A DNA stretch of 64,000 nt. Origin: Lama glama (taxonomy: Eukaryota). Every line of letters starts with the position of its first letter. Position 1 is the stretch's first letter. Of this stretch, positions 39,188 through 51,800 are shown piece after piece. The notes beneath the pieces are model-generated. The model did not search any database. It was not told the DNA's origin and worked only from the letters and a program-made list of their open reading frames with translations. The stretch lies in contig CM052816.1 in NCBI GenBank assembly GCA_028534125.1, forward strand, positions 8,062,001-8,126,000, given 5' to 3'. Position numbers and translations under genes: made by a program.

Positions 39188-39330
39188 AGTCCAACAGTTG
39201 TCAGCCTTCAGCGTGCGTCAGATTCAGGAGATGTGGGATGGAGGCCTGCCTGAAGATTTGTATTTCTAACCAGTTCCCATGTAGGGCTGGTGCTGGTAGC
39301 CTGGAGACCACACTTGGAGAACCACTGGAC
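39188..39330. mobile_element. MER5A-like hAT MITE
   Basis: agattcaggagatgtgggatggaggcc...ttgtatttctaaccagttccca...ggagaccacacttggagaaccactg. Similar fragments lie at about 4040-4155 and 5545-5680. Confidence 0.7.
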
Positions 39331-41879
39331 TTGTCTGTTTAGGTCACTGCTGTGTCCTGACACCAGGAACAGTGTGTTAAGTCGTGTTGCTATAAATAAT
39401 TGTTGACTAAAATTGCAGGTATTACCTCGTTCCGTTGCTTTAAAATAAGTACTGTTACTATCCACATGTTACATATGGGGAAACTGAGGGCCAGAGAAGT
39501 TAAGTGACTTGTCCAGGGGCACAAAACTAGAAAGGGGCAGAGCAGAGATTCAAACCTGCACTTGTCTGTAACCAGCCACACTTCGTGCCCTCCTCAGTCA
39601 CTATGCTGCCTTCCCCCTGGCAGGCTGGGGCTCATCGCAATCGGGTTGAGTAGAAAGAGGAAGACCCTCCCTGTCTGCGTCTCTGCAGAGGCTTAGGAAG
39701 TAGATGGCAGCAGAGTGCTGCTCCTGAAGGGAGTCCCCTGGCTCTGGAGCTCGTAGCAGTCATACATAGGTGGCCATCAGGTGGCAACATACTGACAGGA
39801 AGCCACAAGCTGGGGGTGGGGGGTCTGGGTTCTGCCACCATTAACTTCTGTGACCCTAGATATAGCCCATTTCTTACGGGCCTCAGTTACCCCATCTTCA
39901 CAGATAGGAGATTGGATTTCTGTAATGTCTCAGGAGCCCTGACAGCTCAAGTACATTCTAGGAGACGGGTGCGGTGACTGAAAAATCACATGCCCCCAAA
40001 CCAAATACACCATTTCTCTTTCCCTCACTGGGGGGAAAATTTTTCTTTTTGTACTAAGTTTTTGAAATCTAATGTGTATTTTACAGTTACAGCACATCTC
40101 AAATCAGCCTAGCCACATTTTAAGGCTTCAGGTGCCACATGTGGCCAGTGGCTGCCTTGTTAGACAGCACGGCACTAGAATATTAATGGCAAACATTTAT
40201 TGAGGTAGGCACTAGTTTTATACACATTATCTTAGTCAGTCCTGGTAGCATCTTATGAAATAGGCAAGATTGTTATTAGTCTAATTTTACAGATAAAGAA
40301 ACTGAGATTCAGGGAGGCTTCTTGGACCAGATCACATAGCAAGTAAGCAGAAGAGTCTGGGTTTCAGCTTGGCTCTGTCTGGCTCTAGAGTCTGGGCTCT
40401 TCATCTTGACATAATCCTTCCCGGATGGTAGATGCTTAGGATATGCATTCAGTGAGGCCCACTGACAGAGAATCCAAATCCAGGAAATGCAAAAGCCTGG
40501 AAACAAACAAGCAGGCCTGTGAGGGCAGGAGGCGAGAGGCATCGAAGCTACCGTTGTCCCACCCCCGAGCTACATGTTTGGCAACACTGAGGTGCCTGGC
40601 AAACAACTAGGCGGAAGTCATGATCTTAGGAAAATCATGTTAGTGTTATGAACAAACTGAGCTTGCAAAAAAAAGGAAATCTGGCATCAGGGAAAAATGC
40701 AAATTGAGAAATGCAGGACAAAAGGAATGACCTGCAAGGAGTGCAAAAGAGGGTGGAATTCCCTGGGGCAGGGCTAGGCCCAAAGGGTGGAGGTTATAGG
40801 GAGCAAGTTGTAGCTCTACCTCCAGAAAAATTACAGTGATGATAGTGTCAGTAGCTAAATCTTAATCAAGCACTTACCAAGCAACTTAAGGCAGGATCTT
40901 ATTTAGTCCTGATAATGATACTAGGAAGTAGATACTACTATTAATACCATTTTACAGCTGAGGAAACTGAGGCATAGGATGCTAGTAGGAAGCAGAGTTG
41001 AGATTCAACCAACTGAAGTCCACACTCTGGATTGCCACACTATTCTACTGCCTAGAACAGTTGCTCATGGAGGTAGTGAGCTCTGTCTCTGGAGGCATCT
41101 AAGCAGATGCCCAGGGATGTGAGGAAATGCTCAAAAAGGATCATTCTTGAGTAGGACAGAACTAGTGAACTGATACTAAGCTGGTCTGGAGAGTAATGGA
41201 GGTAGAAATTGCCACATGAAGCAAAGATTGGGAAGGAATCCATCCCCTTGGAAATAGGGGCTACAGGAGGCATGGCCTTCACTAAGACTGGTCACAGTGA
41301 GTGAGGGGTCTGTTGGGGGCAGTAAGGCATGGTAATTAAGAGAATGGCCTCTGCAGATAGCTAGGACCTGGGTTCAAATCCTGGGTTTGCCACTTGTTGG
41401 CACTTAGCTAGTATTTGTACATCTCTTTTAATCTCCCTGAGACTCACGGGGCCATTGTGACAGTACAATGAGAAAACACTTGAAAATTTACACTCAATCG
41501 AAGAGCTGAGACAGAGCTCCACCAAATCGAAAAAGTCAGGAGCCAAGGCCTTGATATAATTCAGGAAGTCTTACTTTTTTCTCAAATACTTTGGATAGAC
41601 AGGGCTGTTGGTGGCAGCATTTGGGAAATAAGCTGCCAGGCTGAGTAGGGAAGTCGGAGAGCTGGGGAACAGGAAAAGAAGTGGCAGGGAGCAGGTTTGG
41701 CTGCCTTAGAGGAGAGGCAGTCTAGGACCACTCCTGCCTGGAGAGGAGGCTGGGCAGCAGAGCCCCTCAGCTGTAGAGGAGCAGCCCTGTGGAAGCACCA
41801 GGGACTCGCTGTCCAGAACCCCTCCTCCTCAGCATTATCAGTCCCTCCCTCCTGAGTATTTCCCACCTGGACAAACATA

Positions 41880-42940
41880 CTGGAACACCATGACCTGCAT
41901 CCTCCAGGGGCTGCCCCCACCTCTCTGCTCTCCCTTCCATGCTGGCTTCACTTCTTCCCTCCTGGTCCTCACAACCCAATTCTCAGTCTTGCTTTTGTCA
42001 AGATCTCTCATGACCTCCACGTGGCCAGGTCCAGCGGGCATTTCTCAGTGGTTGTCTTCCTTGTCCTCTCATTAGTATTTGACACAACTGACGCTCCTTC
42101 ATTCCGTTATTGGGATCTGTGATCACACCCTCTCCCCATTTTCCTTCTGCTCCCTGACTACTCTGTACTGCTCAGCGTTTCTCCGCATTGCATCTCTATA
42201 GATTGAGGGTCCCCAGAGCTGAGTTCTGGTTCCATGGTTTAAAATATTGTCTGCAGGTTAACAATTTACAAATGTATATGTTCACTCTTTTTTTAAGTTT
42301 CAGTCTGGTATCTTCAACCATCTACTTGATGTCTACATGTAGGTGTAGGTGTCACACAGCATACAGCCGGGATCAAAACTCTGGGGTCTACCTGGCCTGG
42401 AATGCCCCATCTCAGTGAATGCCACCATCCATTGTATAGCTCTAAACCTGGCACCATCTCTCACCTCACTCCCACAGCAAGTCCTGACGTTTCTACCTTC
42501 AAAACAGCTGTTGAACCCATCCACTTCTCCCTGTCTTCACCACCACCTGAAGTCACCACCATCTCTCACCTAAACTACTTTGCTTCTAACTGATCTCCAG
42601 GTTCCCACTCCTGCCCCCTGTAAATCTCTATGCCACACATCATTTTAAAACATAAACCAGCCCCAGCCCCTCCCTGCCTGACACCTTCCACCAGCTTCCC
42701 ACTGTCCTTGGAATAATACCTAAGCTGCATCAAGCCTGCACCATCCTGTTCTGGCCTGTCCCTGCAGCAACATCCGAAACCACTCTCCCCCTCACTCACT
42801 AGGCTCAGACGCACTGTACTTCTTTCTGTTCCTCAAATGTGCCAAGGACTTCTTGTTTCTGTGAATGACATCATCTTCTCCATCATCCAAGCAGGAAAAC
42901 TTAGCAGCATCCTGGTCTCACCCTTCTGTCCATATCTAGT
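41880..42940 (+). mobile_element. L2 remnant
   Basis: L2 motifs (agtatttgacacaactga, catctacttgatgtctac, gccaccatccatt, gcttcccactgtccttggaataa). Confidence 0.65.
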
Positions 42941-43169
42941 CAGGCCTGAGTCCTGACCTCTGTGACAAGTGAGACCTCTTAGTCTATTAGAAGAGAAGGA
43001 GGGAGCTGTCTTCCAACCCATCCTCCTAGCTGGAATTATCTTCAGCCTCCTGTGGGTGAGGACCGGATGACCTTTTAGGTCATCTTCAGCTTTGGCCTAA
43101 AGCTTCTTCACAAGGAAAAGGCTTTAGACTGCCATTTTGTTATCACAGTCAGCTTAGAATCAACTGACT

Positions 43170-44900
43170 TTGATGCATTTGTTTTTATTTAAATGTAATT
43201 TTAATTTGTATCAAAGTTATAAATTCACGTATCTAGAGAACCAAATCCTTCTAAAAGGCTGGCTGTGAAAACCAACAGTTCTTCACCTTCCTTTTCATGC
43301 CACTTTATAACACTTTTCGCTGATTCTTTTGGTATTTACCTCCGTATCTCTGAATGACTTCTGGTACTGTTACTGTTTGATTCTTCAGTTTTAAACATCT
43401 GGTTGGCTTTTCACTGTGGAAGACAAAGATTTAGCCCTCTTTCTTCCTCTGTCTCCCTAGGTGACTCCTCCTGTCCTCGCATCCTCTCCAATGCCTCTAT
43501 TTTTAGTTAGATCGGTATTCACACTTTACCATATTAAGACAATGTAAATGCCATTCATAGCTGAGCTGCATAGTATATAGTATGATGACTAGTCATCTCC
43601 TTTGTTTTCCCAAGAGTTAATAGTTGTCTTGGTTTCTCATTTGCTTAATTTTCTATGAATTTATCAGAATTCAACCTCATACTGTCTAAAAATGATCTAA
43701 ATTGCCTCTCAGTGTGTTCAGACATGTCAGGTATCTATCAGTTTTGTCTTGTTGAGGAAATGTCTTTCAGAGCCTTTGGGCCTGATCCAGTGTGAATCTG
43801 CTATACTTAACTCCCAGGACTTCACCGTACTGTCATCCCAGGGATCCCCGTTCTCTCTCGTGAGTTAAAGTTTAGTTTCCCATGACCCAAGTCTTCCTTT
43901 ATTTTTAGTGAACACTTTTGTTTTGGTGTTCTTTGAAGCTTTCTGAGGAAGGAAAAATTTTTGAGATACTGAATGTCTGAAAATATCTTAATGATGCCCT
44001 CATACCTATCTGATAATTTGGCTCAGTAAACATTTTAGGGTATAAATCATTTTCCCATAGAAATTTGAAGGCATTGACCCAATATCTTCTGGTTTCAAAG
44101 GTTGCTGCTAAGAAGTCCAAAGTCATTCTGGTTCCTGGGACTTTCTATCTGTCCTGTTTTTTCCTTTCTGTGGAATCTTCTCTGTCTTTATTTTTCTGAA
44201 ACTTCATTTGATATGCCTTGGCATGAAATTATTCTGGTACCTTGTCCTTGGTATTCACTGGGCCTTTTCAGTTTGGAAATTTATGTCTTCAATTTCTGGA
44301 AATAGAACTGGATTATTTCACTGACATCTTCCCCTGTATTTTCTCTCTTCCCTATTTCTAGAACTCTGATATTTGGCTTTTGGACCTCCTGGGCTGGTCT
44401 TTAATTCTCTTACTTTTTCTATTTTTTTCCTTTTATCTTTTGGTTTACCTTCTAGGAGATTAAAAAAAATTATCTTTTATCTACTTATTGTTTAATATCT
44501 GCCTTTGTAGTTTTAATCTTTAAGAGATGTGGGGTTTTTGTTCTAATAGTACTTCTATCTTTATAGCTTTCTATTCTTGTTTCATGGGTACAATATCATC
44601 CTTTATCTCCCTAAGGCTGTTTATTAATGACTGTTTGTTTCCCCCATGGTGCTTTTTTGGAGTTTGGTTATTTGTTTTGTTTACTCTCTTTTATATTAGA
44701 GGTTTTCTTCAGATGTCCCATGAGCCTTGATTGTCTAAAAAATCATGTGGAACCTGTGACCAGTAAGTAGGGCTTATTCACTGAGGGCTTCCCTGTAGGG
44801 TTATCTGGCTGTGTTGTTTCATTGATGAGAATCTTTACGTCATTCCTTGTGGGATGGTCATGCTCTCTGGAGAAGGATCCTTTAATTTATTGCCTGGAGA
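43170..44900 (-). mobile_element. Ancient L1-ORF1-containing element (HAL1- or L1ME-like)
   Basis: ORF 43905-44126 (-) MTLDFLAATFETRRYWVNAFKFLWENDLYPKM resembles the L1 ORF1 C-terminal motif (DFS.ETL.ARR.W...FK.L.E.N..PRI). A T-rich end lies at about 43180 with no recognisable ORF2 in between. Confidence 0.55.
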
Positions 44901-46306
44901 GAGAAGGCCTGGCTTCTAGCATTCTGGGAAGTGGGTGGGGGAGAGGGCTGGGACTCATAGCTTCCAAACTGGGCCCATCCCCTGCCCTGGGCCTAGGGAT
45001 AGACTTCAAATCTTAGGGAGGGAGAGGACGTGGATATCCAACTGCTTCTTAAACAAACTTCCAACCAATCCTCTTTTTAGCCCCACCTGTACTCCCACCC
45101 AGGGGCCTCCTACCCCAATGCCTGAGCCTGTTCAATATAAGTAGGCGGCTCCTCAGCTTTTCTAGCTGCAGGTTTAGGATTAAGCTTTCTGGGGTCTGTT
45201 AGGGACTACCTCTAATCCACCTGCCTTCCAGCTTCCAAAATCCTGCTGCTTTGTATCCTGTTTTCTTTGTAAATTTTATATTTACACTTTAAAAAAAGGA
45301 AAAAGGCAATTTGTTATTTTAGTGACAGAAGCCCAGTGAAAGAGGAAGCAAAGGTATATGTGTTCTAGCCATCATTAACAAGTAATCTTTTTTTAAGTTG
45401 AGCTATAAATTCACATACTATAATATTCAAGCTTTTAAAATCATACAGTTCAGTAGTTTTCCATGTATCCGCAGAGTTGTGCAATCTTCATCACTGTCTA
45501 ATTCCAGAATATTTTCATCATCCTGAAAGGAAACCCCACACCCGTTACAATCATTCCGTCCCCTTTCCCCCCAGCCCCTGGCAACTGCTAATCTACATTC
45601 TGTTTCTATGGTTTGCCTAGCCTCAACATTTCACATAAATGGAATTTATGTGAATATGCGGCCTTTTGTGTCCGGCTTATTTCACTTAGCATAATGTTTT
45701 CAAAGTTCATCCATTTTGTGGCATGAACCAGTACTTAATTCCTTTTTCAAAAAATTAGTTTTATTGTAATATTAATCCTTTTTTGAATTAAATAAATAAT
45801 ACTTATTTAATAATAATATTCCATTGTATGGATATACCATATTTTGTTTACTCATTATTTGATGTGTATTTGAGTTGCTTTCACTTTGGGGCTATGACGG
45901 ATGATGGTGCTGTGCGCATTTGTGTACAAGTTCTTGTATGGATATATGTTTTCATTTCTCTTGAGTCGATATCCAGGAGTGGAGTTATTAGGTCATATGT
46001 AACTCTGTATTTAACTTTTTGAGAAATTACCAAATTGTTTTCCAAAGTAACTGTACCATTTTACTTCCCACTAGCAATATGTAAGAGTTCCAATTACTCC
46101 ACATCCTTATCACCATTTGTTATTATCTTTTTGATTATAGCCATCATAGTGGGTGTGAAGTGATACCTCATTGTGGCCTGGATTTGCATTTCCCTAATGA
46201 CTAATAATGTGGAGCATCTTTTCATGTGCTTATTGACCATCTGTATATCTTCTTTGAAAAAGGTCTACTCAGATCCTTTTCCCATTTGAGACTGGGTTGT
46301 CTTTTT

Positions 46307-46441
46307 TGGGGGGAGGGAGGAATTAGTTTTATTTATTTATTTGTTTGTTTGTTTATTCACTTAATGGAGGTACTGGGGATTGAACCCAGGACCTCATGCA
46401 TACTAAACACACACTCTACCACTGAGCTATATCCTACCCCC
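46307..46441 (-). mobile_element. tRNA-derived SINE (camelid Vic-1-like)
   Basis: Reverse complement of the 13591 element; perfect 19-bp TSD gagactgggttgtcttttt at 46288-46306 and 46442-46460. Confidence 0.92.
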
Positions 46442-46957
46442 GAGACTGGGTTGTCTTTTTATTGTTGAGTTATAATAGCTCTTTGTGTATTCTGGAATTA
46501 GACCCTTATCAGATATGTAATTTGTAAATATTTTCTCCTATTTTGTGGGCTGACTTTTCACTCTCTTGATAGTGTCCTTTGAAGCATAACTTACCTATTT
46601 TTCTTTGTTGCTTATGTTTTAAGAAATCTTTTTTAAAAGTCCCATTTTTTAAACAGTCCTATTGAGGTATAACTGACATATAATAAACTTTACGTATTTA
46701 AATTGTACAATTTTGTAAGCTTTGACACACACATCTGTCATGAAAACAGCCCCACATCAAGATAACGAGCATAACTATAACATCCAAAGTTTCTTTGTGC
46801 CCCTCTGTCGTCCCTTTCTCTTGTCCCATCTTGTACCACACTCTCTCAATCCTCAGGCAGCTCTCACTTGCCTTCTGTCACTGCAAGTTAGTTTGCATTT
46901 CCCAGAATTTTATCTAAATGAAATTGTACAGTATATACTCTTTTGTTCTGGCTTCTT

Positions 46958-47098
46958 CTTTGTGTGTGTGTGTGGGGGGGGAAGGTAATTAGGTTTATTT
47001 ATCTATTTATAATTCTTTAATGGAGGTTCTAGGGATTGAACCCAGGATTTTGTGCATGCTAAGCATACACTACCACTGAACTATACCCTCCCCCTGAA
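46958..47098 (-). mobile_element. tRNA-derived SINE (camelid Vic-1-like)
   Basis: Same family; 12-bp TSD ttctggcttctt at 46946-46957 and 47099-47110. Confidence 0.9.
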
Positions 47099-48231
47099 TT
47101 CTGGCTTCTTTTATACAGCATAATTATTTGAGATTCATCCAGGTTGTGGGTTCACTCCTTTCTGTTTCTGAGTAGTATTCCATTTTTGTTTATCCACTCA
47201 CCTGTTGATGGACATTTAAATTGTTTCAAGTTTTCGGCTATCACAGACAACAGTGCTATGAACATTTCAGCCCAAGTTTGTGCGGCTGTATGACTTCATT
47301 TGTCTTGATTATTCAGAAAATATCTTACTAGTAAATATTTGAATAATAACAGTTTCATTTCTTGAGCATCTCCTGTGGTACCAGGATCTGTGCCAAATGC
47401 TTATTTAACATAACAACTATGCAAGTTTAGTACAACTGTCCTTATTTTACAAAGGGAAAAACCAGTTTAGAAATGCTGAGAAACAGGCTCAGGTCTTAGA
47501 CCTGGGATGTTTCTGACTTGGGATTTGGAATTCAGGTCTAGCTGCATGAAAGCTCTTCTCCTTCCCCACAGAACACATATACTATCTCCCTTGACTTCTG
47601 AAATCTAAGACTCATTGAATCTTAGAGCCACAGAGTACTTAAACTTAAAACACAATTATCAATGACAATTTTAAAACACACAAAAGACATAAAGACTAAT
47701 AAAAACAAGTATGGTCTATAAGCCACAGATAGTGAGAAGTAAAACATGCCAACACAGTTAAATCGCCCCTGGGTACCCTTTCCCAGTCCCTCCTCCTTCC
47801 CTCCCCATAGAGACCCCCACTCTCATGAATGTGAGCGACACAATTTGAGCATCAGGAAGCAGAAAGGTAGAGAGGTTAACATCAAGAGCCCAATTCCTGC
47901 AACATGTGATCCTGGGCAAGCACACAACCTCTCAAAGCCTCAGTGTCCCTGTCTGTAAATGGAGATAATAAAACAGTCCTCAAAGGGTCACTGTAAAGAT
48001 GAAATGAAACAAAGCATGTAAAATGATTAGTACAATGCCTGGTACAAGGGAGGGCTTGGTAAGTGGTGGCAAATAATAGTACCAGAGCCTTAGAAGCATG
48101 GACTTAGGTTCAAAAAATGCTTGAGTTAGAAGAGAGGAGAGGGAACACTGAATCCAATTTTCCTCCCCCATTTTTTAGATGACATAACTGAGGCCAGAGA
48201 GGAGAGGAATTTGTCTAAGTTCACAAAGAAG

Positions 48232-48332
48232 TGATACGTATGTTCTATATAACTGAAGAATTGTGCTGTACACCAGCAATTGACACAACATTGTAAACCA
48301 ACTATACTTCAATAAAAATAATAATAAAAAAA
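48232..48332 (+). mobile_element. ~100-bp L1 3' end
   Basis: gctgtacaccagcaattgacacaacattgtaaaccaactatacttcaataaaa plus an A tail; closely resembles the end of the L1 at 18975-19030. Confidence 0.85.
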
Positions 48333-48449
48333 GGAGCAGCCCCTTTCTGTGCCCACTCATCTATGGGTGAGAGGAGAGACAAACAAAGCATTTTCAGCAT
48401 TTTTTGCTTCAAAGTGATTTCCTGTCTAGGGATTGAACGTTTGCCTGTT

Positions 48450-48720
48450 TCTTGGAACATCCAAAGAGCCTTATGAACCCAAAGGTCTGCCCAGAAACAA
48501 GTGATGAGGGCCCTGGGCAGCCAATGGAAGCATGCTGGCCTTTCCACCTGCCTGGGGAGTTCCCCCTCCCTATCCTGCCCCATAAAGGCAGCTTTGCCCG
48601 AGTCGGGGGTATTTCCAGCTTTGTGGCTTTCACTTCCACTTCTACCAGGTGGGCGGAGTGGCCTCCTGTGGACAAATCAGAATCCTCCTCAGCCTCAACT
48701 TCAAGAAGTGAGCCAGAGAC
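48450..48720 (+). promoter_or_regulatory. CD74: CD74 promoter: X box, Y box, two NF-kB sites, ETS-IRF composite element, GC box
   Basis: X-like cccagaaacaagtgatga 48490-48507; CCAAT 48521-48525; GGGGAGTTCCCC 48554-48565; GGGGTATTTCC 48606-48616; TTTCACTTCC (GGAAGTGAAA on the minus strand) 48628-48637; GGGCGG 48651-48656. Confidence 0.88.
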
Positions 48721-48741
48721 TCAGGGTCCCAGACACACAGG

Positions 48742-48765
48742 CAGCAGCAGCAGCAGCAGCAGCAG
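48742..48765 (+). repeat. (CAG)8 trinucleotide repeat in the CD74 5' UTR
   Basis: Eight perfect CAG units ending 30 nt upstream of the ATG. Confidence 0.95.
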
Positions 48766-48795
48766 GAGGCGTGGGGAAGACCAGAAGCCAGAACC

Positions 48796-48872
48796 ATGGA
48801 AGACCAGCGCGACCTCATCTCTAACCACGAGCAGCTGCCCATACTGGGCCAGCGCCCTGCAGCCCCAGAGAG
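48796..48872 (+). CDS. CD74: CD74 (MHC class II invariant chain) exon 1
   Basis: [25 protein letters not shown](S) with leucine-based sorting motifs (DLI, PIL); Kozak accATGg; donor AG|GTACGT. Confidence 0.98.
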
Positions 48873-51800
48873 GTACGTGTGAACAGGAGAGGTGCTGTGG
48901 AAGGAGGTGCAGATTTGGACTCTGACTCCAACACTAACTGGGCAATTTTGAGCAAGTCTCTCGCCTACCCTGGGCTTTGGTTCTACCTCTTGTGAAATGA
49001 GGGGGCGCCTCTAGGGCAGGGATTTTAACTTTCTTTGCATCGTGTGCTTCCCTTCTGAAAATCAGGAGAGCGCTCTGGACTTTTTCCTTTGAGTTTCACA
49101 CAATATCCAGGTGTTCACAGGGCCCCTGAGGCTGGGCCATGAACCCTAGGTTAGAAATTTTGGACAAGATTTTGAAAATATTATGGATTCTAGGTGGAGC
49201 AGCAGAGTTTCTAAAAGAGAATGGTAGAAGCAGCTCATCACAGGAGTTTCCTCCTAACTACCATGGATGGGTATACATGCTTGTATCAAGGGGATTATAA
49301 TTGCAGGTGCCTTGTAAAGTAGATGGAAATGTCTGTTATCACAGGAGCGATTGAGAGATGTTGGAGTCGGGGTTGAGGAAGGGCAAGGGGGGCTCTGGCT
49401 ACATTTGTGCCCCTCTTCCTTGAAGCGAAGGACCCGCAAGCCATCCTGAGGACCTTTCCCCAGTCCCGGTATGGCCTCATCCATGCGGTTCCCTGGGGAA
49501 AAGGGGGGGCTGGTTAGACTGTAGCTACCCCAATGTCCCCGATCCCCCCAATCTCCAAAATAATTTGTAAATTACAGGGACTTAACAGGTATGATGTCAG
49601 CTGTTGACAGGCAGAAAGGGGTTTGGGAGAGACACTCAGAGATGTTATGAGGAACCGCATTCTGGAGGACAGGTCACTAGGTAGAGACCATTAGAGCCTG
49701 GTCTGTGAAAATCCTGGGAATCCCATGGCTAGGAGGGCTCTCTTGTGAGGTCTGGATTCTCATCTAGGTTTTGCTACTGTCACATGTGACTTGTATAAAT
49801 CACTGTTTCTCTCCGGTTCTCAGTAATAATAGTAATAATAAAAACGATTATAGTAGTTATAATAGTTCTTATTTGCTGTATACCCGTCACCAGTCCTTAG
49901 TCACTGTTAGTAATTACTGTGGTTAGTTATGTGCCAGACACATAACTAAATGCTAAACTCAATCCTAATACTCACAGTAACCCTAAGAGTCAGGCCCTTT
50001 AATATCCCCATTTTTATATAAGAGAAAATTGAGACTCATATAATTAGTGATTTACCTAAGTTATCACAACTAAATACTGGAGTCAGAATCTGAACCCAGG
50101 ACCAGCCTGATTTCAAAGTTTGAGTTCATTCTACCACCTGAGACTCTTCTAGAGGCACTGTTTGCAGGGAGGAGAGGTGGTCCCCTCTGAGCTCAGCCCA
50201 CCCAGTGAGTTGCAGACCCAGCATGGGCTTAGAGAACAGAAAGGGTGCCCCCTAGTCAAATCCTTGCCTAGTTTTTCTCTTAGTTCAATTACTGCTTCTA
50301 AAACCGGCGGGGCCTGTTTTCGGACCCTTTCATGAACACTTCTGCCTGGCAACATTCGTGTCATGATTCCTGCTAGTTCTGGTTGGCTCCTGATTTTGGC
50401 CAATTGTTACGCAAGTAGGAGGCAGCTGAAAGGAGGAAGTGAAGAGAGGGGTGACAAAGAGTTGGCACTCATCCAGAACCAGGGACAGGCAGTCAAGATG
50501 CATAAAGAGGAAGGAAACCAGATGCTAGAGTTAACTATTAACTCTCTTGAGACTAGAGCTCAGGGTTACTTATAGTGCTAACTGTGTGCTAGGTATGGAG
50601 CCAAGAGTTTTACCCTGTGATCTTATTTTACATAACAACCTTTTGAGTAGATGTTCTTACCTCAAGTTTCTCACTCAGAGAGGTTAAGTGACTTGCTTCT
50701 GGTCCCCAGGCTAAGGGAGTGGCAGAATCAGGATTCCAGTGGTCTCATCTTTAGTATGACTCTAGATCCTCAGGCCTTATGAGAAATGGGTTCAGAGAAG
50801 GGATGGTGGGAGGCAGAGCTGGGACTGGAGTGGGTGTGAGGTTGCAGAAGGGGAGAGAATGTAGAGCTTGAGCCCAGGCAAGACCCAGGCCTGGGTGGAC
50901 ATCTCACCACCTTTAGAGGCCAGGCCACCCCTGTTCCTTGGGACGGCCAAGAAATAGGATTTGTTTTTCCCCCCTGTCTGGTCTCCTCTTTTTCCCCACA
51001 CGGGGCTTCTGCTTTCTTTTTTCAGAATAATTATCCCGTGGTCTGAGCCTTGACCCATAAATCACAGAGGGCTTGCAAGCAGAGAGCCAATGAGAATGAG
51101 CCATGTCTGTGGTGTCATGAGTTACTAGGCAGAAAGTTCTCCCCAGTGTTCCCTAAACTCTTTGCTGGTTGCTGGAGTAAGCAGGGTACAGTCTCTTCCT
51201 CAATTTCCAGTGGGGTCCCAACAGTTCTACCCCTGGGGTAGGTGGGAAGAACAGGTCAGGAACTCTCAGGGCCCTGGGACAGGATCCTTACATCCCCCAC
51301 ACTGTAACATGTACCTGTGCCCTCAAAACCGTATTGGAGGCCAACAGCTGCAAGGCTCCCTGAGGTCGGGCCACCCCTCCCTGTGCAGACAGCCAGTCTA
51401 GAGAGCAAGAGAAATTCTCCAGGTCATACAGGCTCAGACACCCTGCTCCTGGTGATACCCCTCCTGGGTGGATATTCCTCGTGAGTGGACGTTACCATTC
51501 AGAACACTTCTGTGGTCACATTCAGATCTTACTGCAAAGACCACCAAATTCTATTATTGCTGAGGTGAGAGGTACCCATGTAACAGGCCCAGAGAATGGC
51601 ACGAGGCTTGATCAGAGGCACAGGGAGAGTCTGGGACAGAGGATGTGCTCCCAGAGAGGATGGTGCCTGGCCCTGCTCCAGCCTGGCATTGTCAGAGGCC
51701 CCGAGCCCACTCCTAAAATGGCAAGGCCTCACTTCTCTTTTTCAGGTGTGCTGCAGGCTCCGCCATCCAGGTCCTAGTTGCTTTCTTTTCCTGATTTCAC

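Larger units (their letters stand above)
45385..47310 (-). mobile_element. Two adjacent old L1 3' fragments (about 45385-46620 and 46645-47310), each hosting a SINE
   Basis: Typical minus-strand L1 3' UTR/ORF2-end text (ttcacttagcataatgtttt, aaattgttttccaaag, gatttgcatttccctaatgactaat). Confidence 0.85.
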
